From positions 16,980-80,979 of the forward strand of contig CADAFS010000001.1 in assembly GCA_902787305.1 (NCBI GenBank): a stretch of DNA of 64,000 nucleotides, written 5' to 3'. The position numbers were made by a program, and so were the translations under genes. Below, piece after piece: positions 17,785 through 25,882 of this stretch. Each line of letters opens with the position of its first letter. The first letter of the stretch is position 1. Below the pieces are notes generated by a model. It was given only the letters and a program-made list of their open reading frames with translations. It had not been told where the DNA came from and made no database searches. Source of the stretch: an uncultured Pseudomonadota bacterium. Lineage in GTDB: Bacteria; Pseudomonadota; Alphaproteobacteria; Rs-D84.

Positions 17785-20700
17785 ATGTTAAAATTCTTTG
17801 TTCGGCGGCCGGTCACAACAGTTATGTTTGTATTGCTTTGGGTGGTGTTGGGTTTGGTTTCTTTCCCAAAGATGAATATAGAACGTACGCCGGCATTGGA
17901 CTTTCCAATGGTGACGGCGACATTTGTTTACCCCGGGGCCGCACCGTCCGAAATAGAATCCCAGGTTATTAAAAAGGCCGAAGACGCAATTTCCCAAGTG
18001 CCGGAACTTAAAAAAATTACATCCCAGGCGTTTGAAAATGGTGGCTATGTGATGGCGGAATTTAATTTGGGTGTAAATGTTAATGACAAGGCAAGTGAGG
18101 TTAAATCAAAAATTGACGCGTTGGCTTCGGAATTTCCAACTGATTTGAAACAGCCCGTGATTGAAAAATTAAATCCGTTGCAGACATCGGTTGTTGATAT
18201 TGCGCTTTATGGTGCAAATCTGCGTGATTTGCAGGAATATGCTGATAATACATTGTCGAATAAAATCACATCTATAAATGGCGTGGCAAGTGTGTCGATT
18301 TTTGGTGGTGAAAAACGCGCGATACGTGTGGCGTTAAATCCGGAAACAATGGCAGCATACGGTATAACAATTATGGATGTCGTAAGCGCGATGGGTGCAA
18401 ATAATATAAATGTGCCGGGTGGAAAGATAGAGGTTGGGGCGGATTCATCAAATGTGCGTTTCATCGGTGAATTTGAATCTGTTGACGCGATAAAAGATTT
18501 GCATATAACAACCGCCGAAGGTAGGCGTTTCAAACTTTCCGATGTGGCAACGGTGACCGATTCGGCGCGTGATATTGACACGGGCGCGCGGTTCAATGGT
18601 TCTGATGTTGTGATTTTGTCTGTGGTCAAGGCATCAGATGGCAACGCGATAAAGGTGGCGCGCGCGCTAAATAGAAAATTGCCGGATTTTAATACGGATT
18701 TATCGGCGCATTTCCCGGGGGCACAGATGGAGATAATTTCTGATTCATCCATCGTGATTTCAAACGAAACGACCGGCACGATATATGGAATTTTGATTGG
18801 TGTTGTGTTCACAATTTTGGTTTTGTTGGCGTTCACCGGAAATTGGCGTTCGACGATTGTTGCGGGTGTTGTGATTCCGGCGTCGTTGATTGCGGGGTTG
18901 TTCTTTGTGAATGCAAGTGGTTTCACGATAAATGTTATGACGTTGCTTGCGTATTCGTCGGCATTGGGGACATTGGTGTCGAACGCGATTATTCTTATCG
19001 AATCGGCGTTGCAAGAAATGCGAAATGGGAAAACGGCGGAAAGTGCCGCAATTGATGGAACGAAAAAGGTTGCTGTTTCGGTTTTGGCGGGCGTGGGGAC
19101 AAATGTTGTTGTGTTTTTGCCGTTGGCGTTTATGGGCGGAATTGCCGGTAAATTTATGACCCAGTTTGGTATGACGGTTGTTTACCTTACACTGTTGTCG
19201 TTGGTGTTTTCTTTTACATTGACCCCGATGATGATTGCGAAAATTTTACGCATAACCAAGGAACGGCGCGTTTCGGTGAATACACTAAAGAAGTCGGCGT
19301 TTCATAAATGGTTCGCGTATCAATATAAACATTCGGGGCGTGTGATTTTGTTTGCGTTTCTTGCGTTGGTTGCAAGTTCTATGTTGATGCGGTTCACCGG
19401 AAACGAATTTAGTCCCGCGACCGATGCAAATGAAATAAATATCACCGCGCGTGCGCCGATGGGGGCGACATATGAAAGGTCACAATCTATTGCAAAAGAT
19501 ATTGAAAAAGTTTTATCCGGGTTTGATGAAGTAAAATCGACATCGGTAAAAATCGGTGAACGCGGGTTGCAAAATATCGCGGTAAAAATCAAATTGGTTG
19601 ATAAAAGCGAACGCCGTCACAGTGACAAAGAAATCGCACGCCGTATATTACCAAAAATTGCCGTGATTCCGGATGCGGAAATTCAAATTCGTGCGGGCGA
19701 AGGTGTGTCGTCGTCAATATCGGCTGATATTGTTTTGAATATATATGGTGACGATGATGCGAAAAGGCAAGAGTATGCAACGCGTGCATTAAATGCCATA
19801 AACAACATTTCCGAAGTGCAAACCGCGGTGTTGGCGCAACAAACGCCGGGTAATGAAATAAAATTTATTCCGGACGCAGAGCAAATGGATTTTTGGGGAA
19901 TAAAAAATTCTTATGCTGGGGCGACGCTAAGGACGGCGCTTTATGGGAACGACACATATAAATACAAAGAAAATGGTGAAGAATATCCGATTCTTTTGGA
20001 ATTTGCGCGGCCGTTCAAAAATCCAAAAATGTTTGAAAATGTTTTGGTGAATTCGCAAAAAGGCATGGTTGCACTGTCGCAAATCGGAACTATAAAGACA
20101 GAAAAAGCGACACCGAATATTTACCGGTTGGATAAAAGTCGTATTACAGAAATTGATATAAATCTTGGCAAGTCAACCAGTGGTCCCGTGCAATCGAAAA
20201 TTGTGTCGGAATTAGACAGGTTTGATTGGGAACCGGGATATGGTTATTCATTTGGCGGTATGGCCGAAATCCAGGGTGAAACAACCGGCGAAATTGGAAC
20301 GGCGTTCTTGCTTGCCACGGTTTTGACATTTATGTTGTTGGCGGCCATTTTGAATTCGTTGATTCATCCGCTTACCATCGCGACATCAATTATCACAAGT
20401 TTTGCGGGCGTGTTTATATTGCTGTTTTTGTCGGGGGCATCAACGAATGTCGGCGCGATGCTTGCGTTCGTTATGTTGGTTGGATTGGTTGTGAACAATA
20501 ACATTTTGGTGTTGGAACCAACAGTGCAACGAATCGCGCGTGGTGAAAATGCCAAGGTTGCGTTATTGGATGAATTGACCGCGAAAAAGAATATGGTGCT
20601 GATGACATCTATTGCGGTTATGGCGGGTATGTTGCCACAACTTTGGAGTGCCGATGGTATGAAGCGCGCGATGGCGGCGGTTATGATTGGTGGAATGCTG

Positions 20701-20787
20701 GCATCGCTGATATGGACATTTACACTAACGCCGGCGTTGTTCTTTGCGATGGAACGTCTGCGCCAGAGATTAAAGGGGAAAAAATAA
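17785..20787 (+). CDS. RND (AcrB/AcrD/AcrF family) efflux transporter permease
   Basis: About 1000 aa, 12-TM architecture. N-terminus MLKFFVRRPVTTVMFVLL, with the two large periplasmic loops. A GTG at 17779 is an alternative start. Confidence 0.95.
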   Translation: MLKFFVRRPVTTVMFVLLWVVLGLVSFPKMNIERTPALDFPMVTATFVYPGAAPSEIESQVIKKAEDAISQVPELKKITSQAFENGGYVMAEFNLGVNVNDKASEVKSKIDALASEFPTDLKQPVIEKLNPLQTSVVDIALYGANLRDLQEYADNTLSNKITSINGVASVSIFGGEKRAIRVALNPETMAAYGITIMDVVSAMGANNINVPGGKIEVGADSSNVRFIGEFESVDAIKDLHITTAEGRRFKLSDVATVTDSARDIDTGARFNGSDVVILSVVKASDGNAIKVARALNRKLPDFNTDLSAHFPGAQMEIISDSSIVISNETTGTIYGILIGVVFTILVLLAFTGNWRSTIVAGVVIPASLIAGLFFVNASGFTINVMTLLAYSSALGTLVSNAIILIESALQEMRNGKTAESAAIDGTKKVAVSVLAGVGTNVVVFLPLAFMGGIAGKFMTQFGMTVVYLTLLSLVFSFTLTPMMIAKILRITKERRVSVNTLKKSAFHKWFAYQYKHSGRVILFAFLALVASSMLMRFTGNEFSPATDANEINITARAPMGATYERSQSIAKDIEKVLSGFDEVKSTSVKIGERGLQNIAVKIKLVDKSERRHSDKEIARRILPKIAVIPDAEIQIRAGEGVSSSISADIVLNIYGDDDAKRQEYATRALNAINNISEVQTAVLAQQTPGNEIKFIPDAEQMDFWGIKNSYAGATLRTALYGNDTYKYKENGEEYPILLEFARPFKNPKMFENVLVNSQKGMVALSQIGTIKTEKATPNIYRLDKSRITEIDINLGKSTSGPVQSKIVSELDRFDWEPGYGYSFGGMAEIQGETTGEIGTAFLLATVLTFMLLAAILNSLIHPLTIATSIITSFAGVFILLFLSGASTNVGAMLAFVMLVGLVVNNNILVLEPTVQRIARGENAKVALLDELTAKKNMVLMTSIAVMAGMLPQLWSADGMKRAMAAVMIGGMLASLIWTFTLTPALFFAMERLRQRLKGKK

Positions 20788-20797
20788 AAAATTTTTG

Positions 20798-20826
20798 TTG
20801 CACAAGATTGGTTTTTTGTGTAGTAT
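20798..20826 (+). promoter_or_regulatory. Candidate sigma70 promoter for the 20865 gene
   Basis: TTGCAC-N17-TAGTAT. Confidence 0.45.
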
Positions 20827-20864
20827 CCGGACGGATGTGGGATACAAAGTAAAAGGATTGATTT

Positions 20865-21683
20865 ATGTCTGGACGTTATAAACCACGAGGTGATAATTAT
20901 ATCCCACCGTTTTTTGTTTTTGGTACGAATGTTGATGGTAAACTTGCCCCAAGGTTTTATAATCTTCCTGTTTGGGATATTTATGAAGGGAACAAACATG
21001 TTGATGGAACGCCGTATCAATTTAAAGATTTTTGTCCTGGGCCGTTTGTTAATTTGTATGCTGCACAGCAAGCCGAATATCGTTTGGCCGTAGATGATTT
21101 TTATATTACGTCTAACCCAAATGCACAAACGGGTAAAAACGAAATCACATTTTGGGATAAGGGGGAAATACCAGAGCAAATAGATTATGTAAGCACGAAC
21201 AGACCACCAAGGTTATCACAACCGATGATTTTTAAACCATTATTTTCTTGGAATGGATTGGTTCCTAAAAGGATAGAAATGGATTGGCATGCCAAGCGGT
21301 TAACTTGTCGGCCCCGTACAGTCACAGGAAAACCAAAGCGGATTGTAAATGATGATGATTGGACCGCGTTTATGTTGATAAACAGAATGAATTTTGATAC
21401 AATTTCATCATGTACAGCAAACAGGTTCTTTTATCCGAATAGCGAGATTAGGCAGGGGGCCGATACAGAAATTATCTTTAAAGTGGCTCCTTTATCGTAT
21501 CGTATGGTTATACTAATACGTCCGGATTTTGGTTATGTGAAACAAGTGACCTATAACGAAGACAAAAAAGAATTTGAAGAGAGTTGTTATGCCGACATCG
21601 ATCGTAATGTAGATTTGGTGAATGTGTTGCGTGAGATTAAACGGCTACGTGATGCATATGTTGAAAAACAATATATACACTAA
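20865..21683 (+). CDS. Hypothetical protein (272 aa)
   Basis: Long ORF with its own promoter candidate. No signal peptide and no recognised motif. Confidence 0.6.
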   Translation: MSGRYKPRGDNYIPPFFVFGTNVDGKLAPRFYNLPVWDIYEGNKHVDGTPYQFKDFCPGPFVNLYAAQQAEYRLAVDDFYITSNPNAQTGKNEITFWDKGEIPEQIDYVSTNRPPRLSQPMIFKPLFSWNGLVPKRIEMDWHAKRLTCRPRTVTGKPKRIVNDDDWTAFMLINRMNFDTISSCTANRFFYPNSEIRQGADTEIIFKVAPLSYRMVILIRPDFGYVKQVTYNEDKKEFEESCYADIDRNVDLVNVLREIKRLRDAYVEKQYIH

Positions 21684-21695
21684 AAATAAATAAAA

Positions 21696-22154
21696 ATGCC
21701 GCAAGAAATTCGATTTTGTAAACCCGAAGGCAAATATGGATTTTTAAGTCCGCTGGCGGCGTTTCCGATAAAAATGTCTGTGGACGGTGAAGATTTTATT
21801 TTTCCAACGGTGGAACATTATTACCAAGCGATGAAGTTTTATTCCAAAGATTCGCGGTTTGGTGTGATTTTGAATTTGCCGGACCCTGATGCGGCGCGGC
21901 TGCTTACGAAAACACCAGAATATAAAATAAATCGTCGCAAAAATTTTAATAAAGAAAAGTTTGATATTATGGAACGTGCGTTGCGTGCAAAGTTTGAACA
22001 AAACCCAAATGCGGCGGAATTGTTGAAATCCACCGGTGATGCGATTTTAATTAAATCTTGTCCGGTTTGTTATAAATGTGGTTTCGGTGAAGGCAGTGGT
22101 GAAAATCGTATAGGAAAAGTATTGATGCAAATTCGGTCCGAATTGCAGGGGTGA
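21696..22154 (+). CDS. NADAR (YbiA/DUF1768) family protein
   Basis: FLSPLAAFPI...FPTVEHYYQAMKF...RALRAKFEQNPNAAELLKSTGDAILI...NRIGKVLMQIR. Confidence 0.75.
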   Translation: MPQEIRFCKPEGKYGFLSPLAAFPIKMSVDGEDFIFPTVEHYYQAMKFYSKDSRFGVILNLPDPDAARLLTKTPEYKINRRKNFNKEKFDIMERALRAKFEQNPNAAELLKSTGDAILIKSCPVCYKCGFGEGSGENRIGKVLMQIRSELQG

Positions 22155-22200
22155 AGCGTTTTTTATTGTTAATACACAATTAAAAGGGGATGGGATTATT

Positions 22201-22373
22201 ATTCCAGAATGCCGTCATCCCGCGGAAGCGCGGGATCCAGGCCGAGCAACGCCGAGGCCCTGCGTCGCAGACAGTTTGTCGTCGCAATGCGACGACAAAT
22301 CCCCTGCGGGGCAAGTTTTTGCATTCGCAAAAACTGGGCACCGCTCTTCAGCGGTGTGACGATTCTCTGGAAT
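22201..22373. repeat. MITE-like cluster of six consecutive perfect hairpins bounded by inverted ATTCCAGA / TCTGGAAT ends
   Basis: Hairpins: TCCCGCG-GAAG-CGCGGGA, GGCC..GGCC, TTTGTCGTCGCA/TGCGACGACAAA, CCCC-TGC-GGGG, AGTTTTTGC-ATTC-GCAAAAACT, CACCGC-TCTTCA-GCGGTG. Confidence 0.75.
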
Positions 22374-22478
22374 TTTAAGTGTCCCGTTTTAATTGGGCAT
22401 TAACATGAAATGTTTTTTGTTTGCTATATCATTTTTCATTATTATAATTCGGTGAATTTTAGATAAAGGTGTTTATGC

Positions 22479-23075
22479 ATGTTAAAACCTGTGGATGTTG
22501 TTTTGTTTGATTTTGATGGAACGCTGTCGTGGCCGGATTCGAATATGGCGTTTGGGCGGTACTGTTTCCGGCGCAGTTTTCGGCCGTGGTTGTTTTTGCC
22601 ACTGATTGGTGTGTGCTTTGTTGCGCGAATTTTTAATCGTGGTGGGGTGTGGTGGCGGCAAAATATACGTCGGTTTATCACGCCGAATATGATTAAAAAA
22701 TTCGCACCGGGCTTTGTGCGCGAACATATGCGGAATCGCTTTGGTTGGGCGGCGGAGCAAATTGCAAATGAACGCGCGCGTGGGAACAAGGTTTTACTGA
22801 TTACCGCGTCGCCGGATTACCTGGTGGATGGGTTGGTGCGTGGTTTGCCGTTCGATGCGGTGATTTGTTCGAAAATGGATAAAAAAAGACCATGGAAATA
22901 TGAATTTTTGTGTTGGGGAAAAAATAAAGTTGTTGCGATGGATGAATGGGCGGTGGCGCATAAATTTATTCCGCATGTGGTGCGGGCGTATTCGGACAGT
23001 AAATCTGATTTACCAATGATGTCCATCGCCGATGAACAGGTATGGATAAATCCGAAAACAGGAATGAGAAGATAA
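22479..23075 (+). CDS. HAD-superfamily (subfamily IB-like) hydrolase
   Basis: Motif I VVLFDFDGTLS, motif II LLITASP, motif III/IV AYSDSKSDLPMM. Confidence 0.75.
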   Translation: MLKPVDVVLFDFDGTLSWPDSNMAFGRYCFRRSFRPWLFLPLIGVCFVARIFNRGGVWWRQNIRRFITPNMIKKFAPGFVREHMRNRFGWAAEQIANERARGNKVLLITASPDYLVDGLVRGLPFDAVICSKMDKKRPWKYEFLCWGKNKVVAMDEWAVAHKFIPHVVRAYSDSKSDLPMMSIADEQVWINPKTGMRR

Positions 23076-23079
23076 CAAA

Positions 23080-23102
23080 CCCCGCCGCAATGGCGGGGTT
23101 TT
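23080..23102 (+). terminator. Intrinsic terminator after the HAD hydrolase gene
   Basis: CCCCGCC-GCAAT-GGCGGGG followed by TTTT. It continues into the repeat motif TTTGCTCTCTGGAA. Confidence 0.7.
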
Positions 23103-23123
23103 GCTCTCTGGAAATTTTTTATT

Positions 23124-23151
23124 TTGAATAAAGTCAAATATGTGATATAGT
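23124..23151 (+). promoter_or_regulatory. Strong sigma70-type promoter (extended -10) of the candidate sRNA
   Basis: TTGAAT-N16-(TGA)TATAGT. Confidence 0.55.
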
Positions 23152-23157
23152 AGAAAT

Positions 23158-23356
23158 GTCGGCGGGTGTTCCGTTGATGTGGTTTGAAAGCCACTGTCCT
23201 AAGGCGTCAATCACGGCGCGACTATTGCGTCGTTATTTTGACGAAAAAATGTTCCTGGCGTTGGCCAGGAAGGCGGCAAAATATTTAATATGCCGCACAA
23301 TTCCTTAGGATTGCTTTCAACCTCCTGGCCACTTGGGTTCGTTCCGGTGGTTTTTT
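23158..23356 (+). ncRNA. Candidate structured small RNA of about 200 nt (class unknown)
   Basis: Bounded by the promoter and a terminator (CCACTTGG..CCGGTGG plus TTTTTT). Nested helices: 23181-23191/23313-23322 and 23196-23204/23303-23311, enclosing three hairpins (23205-23243, 23252-23271 with loop GUUG, 23273-23296). No ORF. Confidence 0.45.
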
Positions 23357-23373
23357 GGTAATAAATACATCTT

Positions 23374-23495
23374 TGTCATTGCGGCCCCCGAGCCGCAATA
23401 GGGAAAAAGAAAGCCCTATGGCGGACCAAGCCCGCCATGACAAAAAAGAAATGGTTGTCATCTTGAACTTGTTTCAGGACCGCCATGACAAAAAA
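23374..23495. repeat. Palindromic repeat units (REP-like)
   Basis: ATTGCGGC-N7-GCCGCAAT and ATGGCGG-ACCAAGC-CCGCCAT. The 29-nt string CCCTATGGCGGACCAAGCCCGCCATGACA (23414-23442) recurs exactly at 52724-52752. Confidence 0.7.
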
Positions 23496-23503
23496 GAGAG
23501 AGC

Positions 23504-23803
23504 ATGAAAAAAGTTTTGGTGATTTTTTTAATTCTTTTTTCGCCGGTGGCGGCGCGGGCGGATGATGGTGTTGTTATGGATGCGGATATGGCGCGGCAAA
23601 TGGAACTTTCGAAATTAAAACGTGAAGTGAGTGAACTTGAAATCAAACTTTCCGAATGCAAACGAAAGAATAAAAATTGGCGCACGGCGACATGGATTGG
23701 TGCGGCGGGAACCGTTGCTACCGGCACAGCGGCGATAGTGCAGGGCGTAAAACTAAATAATTTAAAGAAAGAAAAAGCGAACGCAAAACAAAATGAAAAA
23801 TAA
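23504..23803 (+). CDS. Small exported coiled-coil protein, family A (copy 1)
   Basis: Signal peptide MKKVLVIFLILFSPVAARA, heptad-like ELSKLKREVSELEIKLSEC, then the small-residue hydrophobic segment WIGAAGTVATGTAAIVQGV. Confidence 0.6.
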   Translation: MKKVLVIFLILFSPVAARADDGVVMDADMARQMELSKLKREVSELEIKLSECKRKNKNWRTATWIGAAGTVATGTAAIVQGVKLNNLKKEKANAKQNEK

Positions 23804-24227
23804 AATTGTGATTTTAATTGGAATGTTTGCGTGCTGTGGCGCAATTGCGGAAACGGACTATATCGATATACAAATTCATGAATTGCAACAACGTCGCGAT
23901 GCGTTAAAGGCGGAATTGGACGCATGTGAAGAAAACACGCGTAAATTCAAAATCGCCGGTGTTGCGACGCTGGGCGCAACGGGCGTTGGTGTGGTTGGAA
24001 ACATCGCATTGCATAACGAAATTAAAAAAATCGAACAATCCAAAAATGGTGGTGGGTATGGTGGGGGTGGTTCGGCGGGTACATTAAAAGCGGATACACG
24101 AAGTGAAGTTGAAAAATGGGAGTATCAATGTAAAGAGCAGGGGTATGAAGTGACAATTTGTGATGAATGCAAAGATTGTTGCGCTGCTTCGGGGTGTCCG
24201 TGTAAGGAGGAATGTCCAGATGAATAG
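23793..24227 (+). CDS. Small exported coiled-coil protein, family A (copy 2), with Gly-rich linker and Cys-rich tail
   Basis: Signal/lipobox-like MKNKIVILIGMFACC. ELQQRRDALKAELDAC...KFKIAGVATLGATGVGVVGNIAL parallels copy 1. The tail is CDECKDCCAASGCPCKEECP. It overlaps the previous stop by 11 nt. Confidence 0.6.
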   Translation: MKNKIVILIGMFACCGAIAETDYIDIQIHELQQRRDALKAELDACEENTRKFKIAGVATLGATGVGVVGNIALHNEIKKIEQSKNGGGYGGGGSAGTLKADTRSEVEKWEYQCKEQGYEVTICDECKDCCAASGCPCKEECPDE

Positions 24228-24846
24228 AATATTTATTGGTATCGTTTTGATTGTAATATCGATTGTTTCAGCGTTTGCTATACCAACACTTGCAGACCGA
24301 CAGCATTTGTGTGAATCAAAACCATTAAGTTTTGTTTGGGTTGAAAAGACAAATGCGTGCATACCAATTAATCCTTGTGAATCGCAGGAAGATGATATTC
24401 GTGATGGATATTGTATTCCTTCAATTGCCACAGTTGAATCTGAAAAAAATGCGGAACTTGTTATGCAACGATATACGGAAAAAGTTTTGAATACGCATGT
24501 AATCAATGTAATCCCTATAACATCTAAAGATGATAAGTATTTGATATATCTTGGGGTTCGTACTGCGGATGATTCTTATTATGTTTTTAGATTTTATAAA
24601 CCGTTTGGGATGCCTGTGGCTGATAATTTATTGATTGCTGCATGTTGGGCGTACGGTAAAAGTTATGTTGAACAAGAAACAAAAGAAAATGAATATTGGT
24701 GTACTGTTCATGATGAGAATGAATGTACCGATATAGTAGATTTTGCATCATTGTTGGTTGGTGAAATGGTTTCCGGTGAAATTGTGAACCTTGGAACCAC
24801 GTTATGCAAAATGAATAGAACAACAAACAAAAAGGAGAAAAAATGA
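24220..24846 (+). CDS. Secreted Cys-containing protein, family B (copy 1)
   Basis: RBS TAAGGAGG. Signal peptide ...IVSAFA/IP. Conserved block DRQHLCESKPLSFVWVEKTNACIPINPC...IRDGYCIP and ACWAYGK...ECTDIVDFASLLVGEMVSGEI. The ATG at 24220 overlaps the upstream stop. Confidence 0.65.
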   Translation: MNRIFIGIVLIVISIVSAFAIPTLADRQHLCESKPLSFVWVEKTNACIPINPCESQEDDIRDGYCIPSIATVESEKNAELVMQRYTEKVLNTHVINVIPITSKDDKYLIYLGVRTADDSYYVFRFYKPFGMPVADNLLIAACWAYGKSYVEQETKENEYWCTVHDENECTDIVDFASLLVGEMVSGEIVNLGTTLCKMNRTTNKKEKK

Positions 24847-25547
24847 GAAAAACTGTTGTATCTGTAATCACTGGTTTAACAGTAATTGGTTCGGCTTTTG
24901 CTATACCAAGTCCGGGGGATCGTAAAAAACTGTGTGAATCAAAACCGTTTGATTTTGTATGGGTTGAAAAAACGCAAACCTGTGTCCCTATAAATCCCTG
25001 TACGACATCAAATTCAAAAATTCGTGATGCGTATTGCATACTAGCAGGTGGTGTTGTAGGGGCGGGAGATAACGCAGAAGAAGCAATAAGACGTTATGCA
25101 AAAAGTGTGATGAAAATTGGTGTTGACTCTATCAAATTTGTTGAATCGTCGTATGGAAGACCCGGGTGGTCGCTTCGTACAACAGATGGTGGGTATTATG
25201 TTGTTGAATTCGACGGGTACGCTAAGGGTAAAGATATAAAAGCACAATTAGAGGTCGCATGTTGGGCCTATGGAAAAGAATTGTATTTTTATACGGATGA
25301 CGAAAATCCAAGGTATGGTTGCTTGGGTAGCGTTTCGAAAAAAGAATGTGATGATATGGCCGATTTTGCATCTTTATTGACAGGGAATTTGGTTGAAGGT
25401 GAAATTGAACAGTTGGGGCAAAAAGTATGTTGGTTAACAAATTTTGATGGTTGGTATGAACAAAAAGAAAAATTGCAAGATGGCGTTATATATAATAATT
25501 CTTATCAGTCACAAGGTTCCACGATAGCAACAGGGGTGAGCAATTAG
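24843..25547 (+). CDS. Secreted Cys-containing protein, family B (copy 2)
   Basis: RBS AAGGAG and an ATGA overlap with copy 1. Signal peptide ...IGSAFA/IP. DRKKLCESKPFDFVWVEKTQTCVPINPC...IRDAYCI and ACWAYGK...ECDDMADFASLLTGNLVEGEI. Confidence 0.65.
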   Translation: MRKTVVSVITGLTVIGSAFAIPSPGDRKKLCESKPFDFVWVEKTQTCVPINPCTTSNSKIRDAYCILAGGVVGAGDNAEEAIRRYAKSVMKIGVDSIKFVESSYGRPGWSLRTTDGGYYVVEFDGYAKGKDIKAQLEVACWAYGKELYFYTDDENPRYGCLGSVSKKECDDMADFASLLTGNLVEGEIEQLGQKVCWLTNFDGWYEQKEKLQDGVIYNNSYQSQGSTIATGVSN

Positions 25548-25585
25548 TCTTTGTGTGTAATTATAGAAAATAATGTAAATATAAA

Positions 25586-25612
25586 ACACGGTTGCGATTG
25601 CAACCGTGTTTT
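25586..25612 (+). terminator. Intrinsic terminator after family B copy 2
   Basis: ACACGGTTGC-GATT-GCAACCGTGT followed by TTT. The 31-nt string ATAAAACACGGTTGCGATTGCAACCGTGTTT is repeated at 26523-26553. Confidence 0.7.
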
Positions 25613-25882
25613 ACCAATCCCCCACCTCGTCGCTTTTCGGCGCCACTCCTCCGCAGGAGGAGAACTTTATGCTCTGGAATAATTTTGTAATTATAAAAAC
25701 ATAAAAACACTGATCACTATTTATTAAAATCTAATTCTTTTATTTTTTTCTGTGCAGGGCGAGTTCTCCTCCATTGGAGGAGTACCCGAAGGGGGAGGTG
25801 GTTAGAGTATTCGTTATTTATTTCATATTTTCTAACCACCCCGCCCAGTTCCACTGGGCACCCCTCCACAGGAGGGGAATTA
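25613..25882. repeat. Three copies (mixed orientation) of the GC-rich double-hairpin repeat around an AT-rich core
   Basis: 25617-25680: ..CCCACCTCGTCGCTTTTCGGCGCCACTCCTCCGCAGGAGGAGAACTTTATGCTCTGGAAT. 25762-25806: inverted copy. 25832-25878: CTAACCACCCCGCCCAGTTCCACTGGGCACCCCTCCACAGGAGGGGAAT. Confidence 0.75.

Noticed and set aside
20865-21683. Calling the ORF upstream of NADAR a DarT-type ADP-ribosyltransferase toxin
   Set aside because: I could not find DarT/ART-like motifs by eye. Only the gene context suggests a link, so it stays hypothetical.
22190-22403. Two ORFs (62 and 64 aa; VIPRKRGIQAEQRRGP..., MPSSRGSAGSRPSNAEALRRRQ...) in the ORF track
   Set aside because: They lie entirely within the six-hairpin palindromic repeat. 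Their Arg/Gly/Pro-rich translations are the typical artefact of GC-rich palindromes, and they have no RBS.
23158-23356. Assigning the candidate sRNA to SRP (4.5S), tmRNA or RNase P RNA
   Set aside because: It has no GNAR-capped helix-8 motif with AGCA/GGAA loops, no tRNA-like end or tag ORF, no GAGGAAAGTCC motif, and the wrong size. A 6S-like fold is left only as a hypothesis to test.
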